From contig OZ253470.1 in NCBI GenBank assembly GCA_965261735.1, positions 1,952,001-2,016,000 of the forward strand: 64,000 nt of DNA. Direction: 5' to 3'. This stretch comes from Alphaproteobacteria bacterium (GTDB taxonomy: Bacteria > Pseudomonadota > Alphaproteobacteria > SHVV01). The number at the start of each line of letters is the position of its first letter. The stretch's first letter is position 1. The notes under the pieces are model-generated. The model saw only the letters and a list, made by a program, of their open reading frames with translations. It was not told where the DNA came from and did not search any database. A program made the position numbers and the translations under genes. Positions 41,044-53,747 of the stretch are shown here, piece after piece.

Positions 41044-42153
41044 ATGGGAACGGAGTCGCAGGCGGGCGTTCATCCCGAGGCGCGGCGCGGGCGCGGCGCG
41101 GCGAGCAACACGACCAACCGCTTCGAAACGTTGAAGCGCGTGGCGCGCGACGCCGACTGGGTGTTCGACGACGGCTGGGGCGGCGCCGACGAGCCGCCGC
41201 CCACCATCGCCACCACGGTCACGGTCGATGCGACCCGCACCATCATTGCCACCAACGATTCACCCGACATCGGGTTCGACCGCTCGATCAATCCCTATCG
41301 TGGCTGCGAGCACGGCTGCATCTACTGCTTCGCGCGCCCGACCCACGCCTGGCTCGGCTACTCGCCGGGGCTCGACTTCGAATCGCAGCTCGTCGCCAAA
41401 CCCGAGGCACCGCGCCTGCTCGCGCGCGAGCTCGCGCGCCCCGGCTATCGCTGCCGTATGATCGCGCTCGGCACCAACACGGACCCCTACCAGCCGATCG
41501 AACGCACCTGGCGCATCACGAGGGGCATCCTCGAGGTGCTGGCCGCCCACAGCCACCCGCTCGGCATTGTCACTAAGTCGGCGCTGGTCGGGCGCGATAT
41601 CGATATTCTGGCGCCGATGGCGGCCCAGGGCCTGGCGCAGGTGTTCGTCTCCGTGACGACGCTGGACCGCCGCCTTGCGCGCCGCATGGAGCCGCGGGCG
41701 GCAACACCCGAGAAAAGGCTGGAGATCATCCGACGCCTGACCCAGGCGGGCATCCCGACGGGCGTCATGGCGGCGCCGGTGATCCCGGCGCTAACCGATT
41801 CCGAGCTCGAGGCGATCCTGCAGGCCGCGGCCGCGGCCGGCGCACGCACGGCATCCTACGTGCTCTTGCGCTTGCCGCTAGAGATCAAGGACCTGTTCCG
41901 TGAGTGGCTCGCCGAGAACGAGCCGCTCAAGGCCGAGAGCGTCATGCGGCGGGTCCGCATCATGCGCGGCGGGCGCGACTACGACGCGACTTTTGGGCGG
42001 CGCCAGACCGGCGAAGGCAGCGACGCCGAGCTGCTCGCGCGTCGCTTTCAACTCGCGTGCCGGCGCCTCGGCTTCAATCAGGCCCGGACCGAGCTCGACA
42101 CCTCGCTCTTTCGCGTGCCTCCGGCACCCGGCGATCAGCTCAGCCTGTTGTAG
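41044..42153 (+). CDS. PA0069-family radical SAM protein (SplB-like, DNA repair associated)
   Basis: NPYRGCEHGCIYCFARPTH (CX3CX2C) and TDPYQP. Confidence 0.9.
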   Translation: MGTESQAGVHPEARRGRGAASNTTNRFETLKRVARDADWVFDDGWGGADEPPPTIATTVTVDATRTIIATNDSPDIGFDRSINPYRGCEHGCIYCFARPTHAWLGYSPGLDFESQLVAKPEAPRLLARELARPGYRCRMIALGTNTDPYQPIERTWRITRGILEVLAAHSHPLGIVTKSALVGRDIDILAPMAAQGLAQVFVSVTTLDRRLARRMEPRAATPEKRLEIIRRLTQAGIPTGVMAAPVIPALTDSELEAILQAAAAAGARTASYVLLRLPLEIKDLFREWLAENEPLKAESVMRRVRIMRGGRDYDATFGRRQTGEGSDAELLARRFQLACRRLGFNQARTELDTSLFRVPPAPGDQLSLL

Positions 42154-42170
42154 GTAAGCGAGGCGCGGAG

Positions 42171-43061
42171 TTAGGCCGCGGCGGGATGGCGTACCGTCAT
42201 CAGCGCCTGGCCCATGACCGCGACGATGATGATGGCGCCGCCCAGCAGCGTCGATGCGCTCGGCACTTCGCTGACGACGAGCCACACCCAGATCGGGCCG
42301 AGCACGATCTCGAAATTCGACAACAGGGAAGCTTCGCCGGCCCGCACGTGCCGGGCGCCGAACGTGAACAGGACAAACCCGGCCGCCAGCTGAACCGTAC
42401 CCATCAGAATACAGAGCACCAGGTCGCGGGCGGAAATCGCGAAGGAGTCGACGAGCGCCGCCGCGATGATCATGGCCAAGGCCGCGCCCAGGCAGCTGAC
42501 GGGCGTCATGTCCACGGCGCGCCCGCCGCGCAGGGTGACCACCAGTGCGGCGTAACCGCAGATGCCGACGAGCGCGATCAGGTTGCCGAGCGCGCGGCCC
42601 TCGAGGATGCCGCCGCCGACCATGATGGTGAGACCCGTGAGCGCCGCCGTCATGGCGATCCAGGTGGCGCCGAGGACTCGTTCCCCGAGCAGCAACCAGG
42701 CGAGGACCGCGGAGATGAAAGGAAGCGCCCCGAACACGAACACCGCGTTGGCGACCGAGGTGTAGAACAGGGCCCACACGAAGCAAACCGAGCCGATGGC
42801 AAGGCCGCAGGCACCGGCCACGCCGCGCCAGCCGATGGCGACGAACGCGGCGCCGGTGCGCGGCCCGTAGCGCACCGCCGTCAGCAACAGGATGGCGAGC
42901 GAAAACGCGACCGAGCGGTAGAAGACTACCTGCCAGCCGTCGGCCGCCTCCAACAGGCGCACCAGCAGGCCCGCGAGGCTGAAGCAAACGCCGCCGGCGA
43001 GGACCGCGGCCGCGCCGAGAACGTGGCGCCGGTCGGCGGCCAGGATCGCAAAAGCTCTCAT
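42171..43061 (-). CDS. DMT/EamA-family transporter
   Basis: About 10 TM segments, LLGERV and EIVLGPIWVWL. Confidence 0.85.
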   Translation of the reverse strand: MRAFAILAADRRHVLGAAAVLAGGVCFSLAGLLVRLLEAADGWQVVFYRSVAFSLAILLLTAVRYGPRTGAAFVAIGWRGVAGACGLAIGSVCFVWALFYTSVANAVFVFGALPFISAVLAWLLLGERVLGATWIAMTAALTGLTIMVGGGILEGRALGNLIALVGICGYAALVVTLRGGRAVDMTPVSCLGAALAMIIAAALVDSFAISARDLVLCILMGTVQLAAGFVLFTFGARHVRAGEASLLSNFEIVLGPIWVWLVVSEVPSASTLLGGAIIIVAVMGQALMTVRHPAAA

Positions 43062-43089
43062 CAAACGCTGGGATGCCCGGCCGGGGTTG

Positions 43090-44019
43090 TCATGGCGCCT
43101 CGCGCAGGCGCGCGGTCGCGACCGCTTGGCCGGCGATGGCGAGGATGACGATGCCGCCGCCAATGAGGGTCACGAGGCGGGGGATCTCGCTGACCGCAAA
43201 CCACACCCACAGCGGCCCGAGAATAATCTCGATGTTGGAGAGCAGCGTCAGCTCGCCGGCCCGCACGTAGCGTGCACCGACGGTGAACAGCGAATAGCCG
43301 ATGGCGCTGGGAACGGTCCCCATGAGCACGCAGATGGCGAGGTCGTGCGCCGAAATCGCGAAGTCGGCGGCCAGGGGCGCCGAAATCAGCGCGATCAGTA
43401 GGCTCGAGAGGCCGACGACGGGGACCATGTCGACCGAGCGCCGCGCCCGCAGGATCACCGTCATGGTCGCGAAGCTGATGGCCGCGGTTACCGCCAGGAG
43501 GTTGCCGAGCACACGCCCGGCCGCGAGCCCGCCGACCACCATGATGGTGATGCCGACAAAGCCCCCCGTCATGAAAAACCAGGTCGCCCGCCGCACCCGC
43601 TCGCCGAGCGCGAGCCAGGCCAGGATTGCCGTCACGAAGGGCAGGCCGCCGAGGACGAAGATGGCGTTGGCGACGGTCGTGTGAAGGAAGGCCCAGATGA
43701 AGCAGAGCCCGCCCAGGCCGAGGCACGCGGCGCCACCCACCCCGGCCCAGCCGATTCCGACATAGGCGCGAAACACCCGGCCGCGGTGCCGCAGCGCGAC
43801 GATCGAGAACACGGCGAAGGACGCGACCAGCGAGCGATAGAAGAGCATCTGCCAGCCGCCCGCCGAGTCGATGAGGCGTACGAACAGGCCGGTGGTGCTG
43901 AAGCAGGTGGCCGCTGCCAGAACGAGAAAAACCCCGAGCAGGTGGCGCCGGTCGATAGTCGTGTCACCGAGGGTCGCCACCGGACCTCCTGGCGAGAGGG
44001 GATGAGCGACAGGCTCCAC
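43090..44019 (-). CDS. DMT/EamA-family transporter (tandem paralogue)
   Basis: Similar to the adjacent gene; EIILGPLWVW. Confidence 0.85.
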   Translation of the reverse strand: MEPVAHPLSPGGPVATLGDTTIDRRHLLGVFLVLAAATCFSTTGLFVRLIDSAGGWQMLFYRSLVASFAVFSIVALRHRGRVFRAYVGIGWAGVGGAACLGLGGLCFIWAFLHTTVANAIFVLGGLPFVTAILAWLALGERVRRATWFFMTGGFVGITIMVVGGLAAGRVLGNLLAVTAAISFATMTVILRARRSVDMVPVVGLSSLLIALISAPLAADFAISAHDLAICVLMGTVPSAIGYSLFTVGARYVRAGELTLLSNIEIILGPLWVWFAVSEIPRLVTLIGGGIVILAIAGQAVATARLREAP

Positions 44020-44144
44020 CGCTCACCGACCGCCGGCCGGGCCGGCAACGATGGCGCACTATATTCACAGCGACAGGCGAAACCGAGCACGAATCGGGAT
44101 TCCAGCGGCGCGGCCGTACGCGCCGGTCATGCTATGCTCATGCC

Positions 44145-45537
44145 ATGCCGGGCCACGCCGAGATCACGGGAATCGCCGTCGTCGCGGTCGTGGCCCTGGT
44201 TTGCGGCATCCTGATGGCGCGGCTGCGCCAGCCGGCCATCGTCGGCTACATCCTCGCCGGGCTCCTGCTCGGCCCCTCTGGTTTCGGTTTGGTAGCCGAC
44301 CGCGCGCAGGTCGCGCTGCTCGCCGAGCTCGGCGTGCTGCTGCTTCTGTTCCTCATCGGCATGGAGCTGAGCCTACGCGCCTTTGCCCGTGTGTGGCGCG
44401 TCTCCCTGGTTGGCGCCGCCCTTCAAATCGCCATCGCCGCCGCCGTCACCCTGGCGCTCTCCGGCCTCCTCGACTGGTCCTGGAGATTCGCCGTCGTTCT
44501 CGGTTTCGCGGTGGCGCTCAGCAGCACCGCGGTCGCCATCAAGACGCTCGAGGACATCGGCGAACTGCGCACCGGCGTCGGGCGCACGGCGATCGGCGTG
44601 CTCATCGCCCAGGACCTCGCCGTCGTGCCGATGCTGCTGATCATCGACGGCATGGGCCGGGAGCGGGCGTTCGACATGGCCATCCTTGGCAAGATCGGCA
44701 TCGCCGTGCTCGGGCTCGGCCTGATGATCCGCATCCTCAGCCGCCGCGACCGCATCAGCCTGCCGTTCGGCCGCTTCTTCGCGCGCAGCAACGACCTCAC
44801 CGCGGTTGGCGCGCTCGCCTACTGTTTCGCGGCGGCCGCGGCCTCGGGAGTGCTCGGCCTGTCGCCGGCTTATGGCGCGTTCCTGGCCGGCCTGTTCATC
44901 GGCAACACCACGAGCCGCCGCGCCATCTACCGCGCCACGCTGCCGGTGCAGAGCGTGCTCATCATGGTCTTCTTCCTGTCGATCGGGCTGCTCATCGACC
45001 TCGCCTACATCTGGACCAACCTCGGCACGGTACTGCTGTTGCTCGCCGTGGTGACGATCTTCAAGACGGCAATGAACGTGGCCCTCCTGCACGGTCTCGG
45101 CGAGCCGTGGCCGCGCGCGTTCCTCGCCGGCGTCGTCCTCGGGCAAATCGGCGAGTTCTCCTTCTTGCTCGTGGCCGCGGGCGTCGGCGCCGCGATCGTC
45201 GGCGCCGACGAGCAGCGGCTGATGGTCTCGGTCATCGCGCTTAGCCTCGTCACCAGCCCGCTATGGCTGGTAACGGCGCGCAGGCTCCACAACCTCGCCT
45301 CAGGCGGCATCTCCTCGCTCGGCGAACTGCTCGATCAGGTCTACGGCCACGAGGCTCGCCTCGTGGCCGTGACCTCGGGCCGCGCCTACCGCCTGAGCTA
45401 CAGGCTCGGGGCCGGTGCGCTTCGGGTCGTCAACCGGCTGCGGCCGCATCCGGCGGCCGACAGCGCCCCGGCCGAGCCTCCGCCTTGTGCCGCCACGGCG
45501 AAGCGCAGGGCGCCGCGCCGGCGCAAGTCCCCCACCG

Positions 45538-45548
<11 letters not shown>
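44145..45548 (+). CDS. Cation:proton antiporter (CPA2, Kef-like membrane domain)
   Basis: [28 protein letters not shown] and QIGEFSF. Confidence 0.9.
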
Positions 45549-47317
<1,769 letters not shown>

Positions 47318-47331
47318 ACACCGGCGCTACG

Positions 47332-48399
47332 TTACGGCGCGTCGGCCCGCGCGTGGGCGATGACCTTTTTCATCAGCGTCGGTAGCGCGACCCCCTCGAG
47401 CCCGTCGAGCGGACACCAGAGGCCGTCGGCCGCACCTTCCGTGACCGCGGCGGCGAGTACGCGGAGTTCGAGCCGGAAGTGGGTGAAGCCGTGGTCGACG
47501 AGGCCATCGAGGGCGCGCCAGCATGCGCGCAGCGGCGCATGGCGGCGGGCCTCGGCGTGGCTCCAAGCGGCCTCGCGCCAGGGCGTGGATGGGACCTCCA
47601 TCATACCGCCGAGCAGCCCCTTGGGCGGGCGCCGCCGCAGCAATACCGCACCGTCGGCGCGCACCGCCCAGAAGGCCACGCCGCGCCTCGTCGGACGCTC
47701 ACGCCGGGGGCTGCGTTTCGGCAGCGTTTCGGCGACGCCTTGCGCCCGTCCCAAGCAGGCAGCACCCCACGGGCAGGCGGTACAGAGCGGACGGCGCGGC
47801 GTGCACACCGTGGCGCCGAGATCCATGAGCGCCTGGGCATAGTCGCCGGGGCGCGAGCGCGGCGCCAACTCGGCCGCGAGGGCGCGCAGGCGCCGGCGCG
47901 CCGCGGGGAGCGGCTCGTCGATTCCGCGCAGGCGCGCGATCACGCGCTCGACATTGCCATCGACCACGTTCGCCGGCCGGCTGAAGGCGATTGCCGCGAT
48001 CGCCGCCGCGGTGTAGGGGCCGATCCCGGGCAGGGCGCGCAAAGCCGCCTCGTCGCCCGGGAAGCGGCCGCCGTGATGGGCTGCCAGCTCTTTCGCGCAG
48101 GCGTGCAGGCGGTGCGCGCGGCCGTAGTAGCCGAGCCCCTGCCAGGCGTGGAGAACATCGGCGAGCGGCGCCGCCGCGAGTGCCGCGAGGCTCGGCCAGC
48201 GGGCGACGAAACGCTCGAAGTAGGGGATGACGGTCGCCACCGTGGTCTGCTGCAGCATGATCTCGCTGAGCCAGACACGGTAGGGGTCTGGTACACTCCC
48301 CTTCGCGCGCCACGGCAGGTCGCGCCCGGCGGCGTCGTACCAGACGAGCAGTTGCGCAGACGGGCGATTGACGGCGGCGCTCACGCCGTCGGCCCACAT
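47332..48399 (-). CDS. mutY: A/G-specific adenine glycosylase
   Basis: WLSEIMLQQT, WQGLGYY, LPGIGPYTA, VDGNV and the Fe-S CTPRRPLCTACP. Confidence 0.95.
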   Translation of the reverse strand: MWADGVSAAVNRPSAQLLVWYDAAGRDLPWRAKGSVPDPYRVWLSEIMLQQTTVATVIPYFERFVARWPSLAALAAAPLADVLHAWQGLGYYGRAHRLHACAKELAAHHGGRFPGDEAALRALPGIGPYTAAAIAAIAFSRPANVVDGNVERVIARLRGIDEPLPAARRRLRALAAELAPRSRPGDYAQALMDLGATVCTPRRPLCTACPWGAACLGRAQGVAETLPKRSPRRERPTRRGVAFWAVRADGAVLLRRRPPKGLLGGMMEVPSTPWREAAWSHAEARRHAPLRACWRALDGLVDHGFTHFRLELRVLAAAVTEGAADGLWCPLDGLEGVALPTLMKKVIAHARADAP

Positions 48400-48452
48400 T
48401 TGCCCGCCCCATCGGGGATGACGCGGGTGCGCTTTTGGCGCACACTCGCGCC

Positions 48453-48959
48453 ATGAGGAAGCGGCGATGGCGGGGGCCCGAGAATATAGCCGCCTTCCTG
48501 CCGGCGGTGACGAAAGCGGCCCGCGGCCCGCGCGGTTTCGCGGCGGCAGAGGTCATCGCCCATTGGCCGGCCATCGTCGGCGAGGCACTCGCGCGCCAGT
48601 GCAGCCCGGAAAAGCTCAGCATGAGCGGGCGCGCCGGTGGCGTCCTGCGCGTGCGCGCGCCCGGAAGCCTCGCGCTTGAGCTGCAGCATCTCGAACCCCA
48701 GGTCATCGACCGCATCAACGCGTATCTCGGCTATCGCGCGGTCGGCCGGCTCGCCTTCACGCAGGCGCCCGTGCCGGAGCGGAAGCGGGCGCCTGCGGCG
48801 GTCGATCCCCCGCTTGCGCCGGCCGCACTCGTCGCTGGCGCCGTATCGGGCATCGTCGATCCCGGCCTGCGCCGGTCGCTCAGCGGGCTCGGGCGCCGCG
48901 TCGCGGCGGCGCCAGCGCGCGGGCGCGAGGGCCGCGGGAGATCGCCCAAGAGTCCTTGA
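48453..48959 (+). CDS. DUF721 / DciA-family protein
   Basis: WPAIVG and LELQH...INAYLGY, in conserved mutY-DUF721-dsbA synteny. Confidence 0.8.
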   Translation: MRKRRWRGPENIAAFLPAVTKAARGPRGFAAAEVIAHWPAIVGEALARQCSPEKLSMSGRAGGVLRVRAPGSLALELQHLEPQVIDRINAYLGYRAVGRLAFTQAPVPERKRAPAAVDPPLAPAALVAGAVSGIVDPGLRRSLSGLGRRVAAAPARGREGRGRSPKSP

Positions 48960-49010
48960 GGTCGCGCAGCCCAACCCCTATACTTTCACCATATCTTGTA
49001 GTCACAGTCT

Positions 49011-49799
49011 GTGATGGCCCAAATTAGCGGTTTTTTCGCCACGTCGCTCGCTGCCGCCCTCGGGCTCGCGGTGGTGCTTGCCGGAGCGGTACAGGCACAA
49101 GCTCCTGTGGCGGAGACCGAGGTCGCTCTGGGCGCCGAGGACGCGCCCATCACCGTCATCGAATACGCGTCGCTGACCTGCCCCCACTGCGCCGCGTTCC
49201 ACCGCGAGACGTTTCCGCGCCTTAAGTCCGACTATATCGACACCGGGCGGGTGCGCTACGTCTTTCGCGATTTCCCCCTCGATCAGCTCGCGTTCCGGGC
49301 GGCGATCCTCGCCCGCTGCGCCGGTCCCAAGCGCTATCTCAGCTTCGTCGAGGTGCTGCTAAGCCAGCAGGAGAGCTGGTCGGGCCATGCCGATCCGATG
49401 CTGGCGCTGAAGCTGCTCGCCGGCCTCGGCGGCATTTCCGAAGAGAGGTTCGACGCCTGTTTCAACGATAAGGAATTGGGTGAGCGCGTGATCGCCTCGC
49501 GTCTGGAGGGCGAACAGCGTTACGACGTCTCGTCGACCCCAACCTTTTTCATCAATGGCGAAAAGCACGTCGGCGCGCTCAAGTTCAAGGACTTCGACGC
49601 CATCCTCAAGCCGCTGCTGGGGGTAGCGTCGGCGCAGGCCGCCCCGTCCGAGGCGGCGCCCGCGTCCGCGGCCACACCTGAGGCAGCGCGCAGCGGCAGC
49701 ACAACCTGGCTCGTCGTCGCCGCCCTGCTCGTTGCGCTTGCCGCCGGCGGCGCCTCCTTCTGGTGGCGGCGCCCAAGCCCGGATCAGGACCAGGGTTAG
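49011..49799 (+). CDS. DsbA-family thioredoxin-fold protein with a C-terminal membrane anchor
   Basis: EYASLTCPHC, RDFPLD and STPTFFING. Confidence 0.88.
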   Translation: MMAQISGFFATSLAAALGLAVVLAGAVQAQAPVAETEVALGAEDAPITVIEYASLTCPHCAAFHRETFPRLKSDYIDTGRVRYVFRDFPLDQLAFRAAILARCAGPKRYLSFVEVLLSQQESWSGHADPMLALKLLAGLGGISEERFDACFNDKELGERVIASRLEGEQRYDVSSTPTFFINGEKHVGALKFKDFDAILKPLLGVASAQAAPSEAAPASAATPEAARSGSTTWLVVAALLVALAAGGASFWWRRPSPDQDQG

Positions 49800-49804
49800 C
49801 GGCC

Positions 49805-52800
49805 GTGCAGTTCGAGCGCCTTCGCGTCTCCGGCTTCAAGTCGTTCGTCGATGCGACCGAGCTCCTCATCGAGCCCGGCCTCACCGGCATCGTCGGACCC
49901 AACGGCTGCGGCAAGTCGAACCTGGTCGAGGCGATACGCTGGGTCATGGGCGAATTCTCGCCCCGGCGGGTACGCGCCGGCGAGATGGACGATGTGATCT
50001 TCGGCGGCACCAGCGAGCGGCCGATGCGCAACCTCGCCGAGGTATCGCTGCAGCTCGACAACGCCGACCGGCGTGCGCCGGCCCCGTTCAACGCCAACGA
50101 CACCCTCGAGGTCACGCGCCGCATCGAGCGCGGCAGCGGGTCGCACTACCGGATCAACGGCCACGAGGTGCGCGCGCGCGACGTGCAGCTCCTGTTCGCC
50201 GACGCTTCCAGCGGCGCGCACTCGACGGCATTGGTGAGCCAGGGCGAGGTCGGCGCGATCATCGACGCCAGGCCGCTCGACCGGCGCGCCATTCTCGAAG
50301 AGGCAGCCGCCATCACCGGGCTGCATTCGCGGCGCCACGAGGCGGAGCTACGATTGCGGGCGGCGGACACGAACCTGGGCCGCCTCGACGACGTGATGGG
50401 GACGCTGGAGAGCCAGCTCCACGGGCTCAAGCGGCAGGCGCGGCAGGCGACCCGTTACCGCAACCTCAGCGGCCACATCCGCCGGGCCGAGGCGGTTCTG
50501 CTGTACTTCGCGTGGAGCGAGGCGATGGCCGAAGGAGCGGCGGCCGCGGCCGCGCTCGCCCAGGCGCAGGAATGCGTTGCCGAGTTGACGCGAGACGCGG
50601 CCGGTTGCGCCGCCGTCGTCGCCGAAGCAGCTTCGATCGTGGACGGGCTGCGCCGGGCCGAGGTTGAGGCCGCCGCCGCCCTGCACCGGCTCGCGGTGGC
50701 GCGCGACCGTATCGAGGCCGACGAGGCGAGGGTTGCCGAGGACCGACGCGAGCTCGCAGGCGTCAGCGAGCAGATCGTGCGCGACTTCGCCCGGGAAGAG
50801 GAACTTGCAGCCGACGCCGACGCCGCCCTCGCCCGGCTGCACGGGGAGGATGCGGAACTCTCAGTCCGCGACGACCACGATGACGCGCGGCGCACCTCCG
50901 AGGAGCGCGCCGAGACCGCGGCCAACGCCCTCGCCGAGCGCGAGCGCGAGCTCGATGCGCAGACGGCAGCGGCCGCAGGCGAGGAGGCCCGGCGCGACAG
51001 CCTGGCGCGCGAGGCCGCGGAGCTCGCGCGTACCCAAGAGCGCCTACGGGCGCGCACGGCCGAGCTGGTCGAGGAACGCGGGCGGCTCGCCGCCAAGGCG
51101 CAAGCCTCGCCGGGAGAGCCTACGGCACCGCAGGCGGCCGAAGCCGCGTCCGCCGCCGGCGCGCGGCTCATCGAGGCCGAAGCGGCGCGCGACCGGGCCG
51201 AGGCGGTCGCCACCGAAGCGGGCGAGTCATACCAGACGATCGCCGCCGAGGCGGCACGGCTCGACGCCGAGGAACAGGCGCTCGCCCGTCTGGCCGCCGG
51301 AGCCGGCGGCGAGCGCTGGCCGCCGATCATCGATTCGGTCACCGTCGCCAAGGGCATCGAGGCGGCGCTCGACGCCGCGCTCGGCGACGACCTCGCCGCC
51401 GCCACCGAGGCCGAAGCCCCGGCCCATTGGCGCGCGCTCGCCGCAAAGGACGAGCCGCGGCCCCTGCCAGAAGGCGCGACTCCGCTTAGCGAGGTTGTCA
51501 GTGCGCCGCCCGCGCTGGGGCGCCGCCTCAGCCAAATCGGCCTTGTCGATGGCGACGAGGGGGCGCGCCTACAGGAGCGCCTCGCCCAGGGGCAGAGGCT
51601 CGTGAGCCGCGAAGGAGCCCTGTGGCGGTGGGACGGTTATTCGGTGGAGTCGGGCGCGCCAACCGCGGCCCAGGTGCGCGCGCGGCAGTGCCGGCGCTTG
51701 CGCGAGGTGCGGGCCCAGCGCACCGAATTAATGCCGCGGCTCGAAGAAGCGCGGGCGAGTCGTGACGACGCCCTAGCCCGCTCGCGGGCCGCCACCGAGC
51801 ACGCGGGCGCGGCGCGGCGCACCGCCCGCGAGGCCGACGCCCACGCCACACAACTCCGCGAGGCCGATGCCGAGGCCACGCGGGCGACGCTAACGCGCGC
51901 CGCACGGCTGGCCGCTATCAATGACACGGTGCGCCACCTCGAGGCCGAAACGGCCGCCGCCACGACCCGGCTCGACGAGGCGCTCGGCGCGCACGAAGCG
52001 CTCCCGGCGCCGGAGGTGGCGCGTCAGCGTTTGGCGGACCTGAGGCCGGACGTCGCCGCGCAGCGGCTCGTGCTCGCGGCGGCCGAGCGCGAGCGCGACT
52101 CCCTCGAGGAGCAGGCGGCCGCCGCCGCGGCGCGGCGCGGCGCCATTGTCGACGAGCGCCAAACCTGGCAGGCGCGGGCGCAAGCCGCGAAACGCCAGCT
52201 CACCCAGCTGGAGGCGCGCCGCACCACCACGGCGGCACGGCGCGCCGCGCTCGATCGCAAGCCCGACGAGATCGCCGAACGCCGTCGCGCCCTGCTCGAC
52301 GAGCTGAGCACCGCTGACACCGCCCGCAACCGCGCCGCCGACTCGCTGGCGAGCGCCGAGGCTGAGCTCGCCGGTGGCGAGCGAGCAGCGCGCGCGGCGG
52401 AGAAGGCGCTCGCCGAGGCGCGCGAGGAGCGTGTTCGTGCCGAGGCCGCGGCAACGCGGGCTGACGAGCGCCGCGAGGAGGCGGCGACACGTATCGGCGA
52501 GCGCCTCGACTGCGCGCCCGAGGATGCCGCCGCCGAAGCCGGCCTCGATGCCAATGCCCCGGTACCGGACGTCGGCGCGGTTGAGGTCCGTTTGCAGCGG
52601 CTGAGGCGCGAGCGCGACACCATGGGGCCGGTCAACCTGCGCGCCGAAGCGGAAGCCGCCGACATCGACGACAAGCTCAAGGCGTTGCGCGACGAGCGCG
52701 CCGATCTTGAGGCGGCGATCGCGCGGCTGCGGCACGGCATCGGCCGCCTCAACCGCGAGGGGCGCGAGCGCCTGATCGAGGCTTTCGGCCGCGTCGACGG

Positions 52801-53248
52801 CCATTTCCGCGACCTGTTCGTGCGCCTCTTTGGCGGCGGCCGCGCCCATCTCGCCCTGACCGAGTCCGACGACCCGCTCGAGGCCGGGCTCGAAGTCATG
52901 GCCAGCCCGCCGGGCAAGCGCCTGCAGGCGATGTCGCTGCTATCGGGCGGCGAGCAGACGCTGACGGCGGTCGCGCTCCTGTTCGCCGTGTTCCTGACCA
53001 ACCCGGGGCCGGTGTGTATCCTCGACGAGGTCGATGCCGCGCTCGACGACGCCAACGTCGAGCGACTCCTCGACCTCGTGACCGACATCGCGCGGCAGTC
53101 CGAGACGCGCTTCGTGCTCATCTCCCACAACCCGATCACCATGGCGCGCATGAACCGGCTGTACGGCGTCACGATGAGCGAGCGCGGCGTGTCACAGATC
53201 GTCTCGGTCGATCTGTCGCGCGCGGAGGCTCTTCGGGCCGCCGAATAG
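49805..53248 (+). CDS. smc: Chromosome segregation protein SMC
   Basis: GPNGCGKSN, coiled coils, LLSGGE and LDEVDA. Confidence 0.95.
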   Translation: MQFERLRVSGFKSFVDATELLIEPGLTGIVGPNGCGKSNLVEAIRWVMGEFSPRRVRAGEMDDVIFGGTSERPMRNLAEVSLQLDNADRRAPAPFNANDTLEVTRRIERGSGSHYRINGHEVRARDVQLLFADASSGAHSTALVSQGEVGAIIDARPLDRRAILEEAAAITGLHSRRHEAELRLRAADTNLGRLDDVMGTLESQLHGLKRQARQATRYRNLSGHIRRAEAVLLYFAWSEAMAEGAAAAAALAQAQECVAELTRDAAGCAAVVAEAASIVDGLRRAEVEAAAALHRLAVARDRIEADEARVAEDRRELAGVSEQIVRDFAREEELAADADAALARLHGEDAELSVRDDHDDARRTSEERAETAANALAERERELDAQTAAAAGEEARRDSLAREAAELARTQERLRARTAELVEERGRLAAKAQASPGEPTAPQAAEAASAAGARLIEAEAARDRAEAVATEAGESYQTIAAEAARLDAEEQALARLAAGAGGERWPPIIDSVTVAKGIEAALDAALGDDLAAATEAEAPAHWRALAAKDEPRPLPEGATPLSEVVSAPPALGRRLSQIGLVDGDEGARLQERLAQGQRLVSREGALWRWDGYSVESGAPTAAQVRARQCRRLREVRAQRTELMPRLEEARASRDDALARSRAATEHAGAARRTAREADAHATQLREADAEATRATLTRAARLAAINDTVRHLEAETAAATTRLDEALGAHEALPAPEVARQRLADLRPDVAAQRLVLAAAERERDSLEEQAAAAAARRGAIVDERQTWQARAQAAKRQLTQLEARRTTTAARRAALDRKPDEIAERRRALLDELSTADTARNRAADSLASAEAELAGGERAARAAEKALAEAREERVRAEAAATRADERREEAATRIGERLDCAPEDAAAEAGLDANAPVPDVGAVEVRLQRLRRERDTMGPVNLRAEAEAADIDDKLKALRDERADLEAAIARLRHGIGRLNREGRERLIEAFGRVDGHFRDLFVRLFGGGRAHLALTESDDPLEAGLEVMASPPGKRLQAMSLLSGGEQTLTAVALLFAVFLTNPGPVCILDEVDAALDDANVERLLDLVTDIARQSETRFVLISHNPITMARMNRLYGVTMSERGVSQIVSVDLSRAEALRAAE

Positions 53249-53407
53249 AGATCCTGACAGCCCCGCCATCATCGCAGTTTTACCAAATAATTCAGGCGCT
53301 TAATCGGTTGGTAGCCCACCTTGACAGGGCCCAGGCGAGCCCCTATGGTGGCGCCGCCTTGGGCGGGCCGGCTGGACCGTCGGATCGCGCGGGGCCGGCA
53401 GGGTACA

Positions 53408-53746
53408 ATGGGTGCAACGAAGCCGCCGCCGCCTCTCGAGGATCTCGACGCCCGCCTGAAGAAAGCCCGCGAGACCCAGCAGCCGCCACAGCGCGCGCCG
53501 CTGATGACGAGCGGGATGGCCCAGGCGCTCAGAGTCGCGCTGGAGATGGCGTCGGCGCTTTTCGTTGGCGGTGCGATCGGTTGGTTCCTCGACCGCTGGC
53601 TCGGTACGCGGCCGTGGCTGCTCTTGGTGTTCCTGTTGCTCGGCGTCGCCGCCGGTATCCTTAATGCCTACCGCGCGGCGACGCGGATAAGCGCCGAGGC
53701 GAACAGGTCGGAATCGCCGGACGAGCGTTCCGGCCAGGGGCGGTAG
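53408..53746 (+). CDS. atpI: AtpZ/AtpI-family ATP synthase accessory protein
   Basis: IGWFLDRWLGTRPW, first gene of the F0 operon. Confidence 0.85.
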   Translation: MGATKPPPPLEDLDARLKKARETQQPPQRAPLMTSGMAQALRVALEMASALFVGGAIGWFLDRWLGTRPWLLLVFLLLGVAAGILNAYRAATRISAEANRSESPDERSGQGR

Positions 53747-53747
53747 C

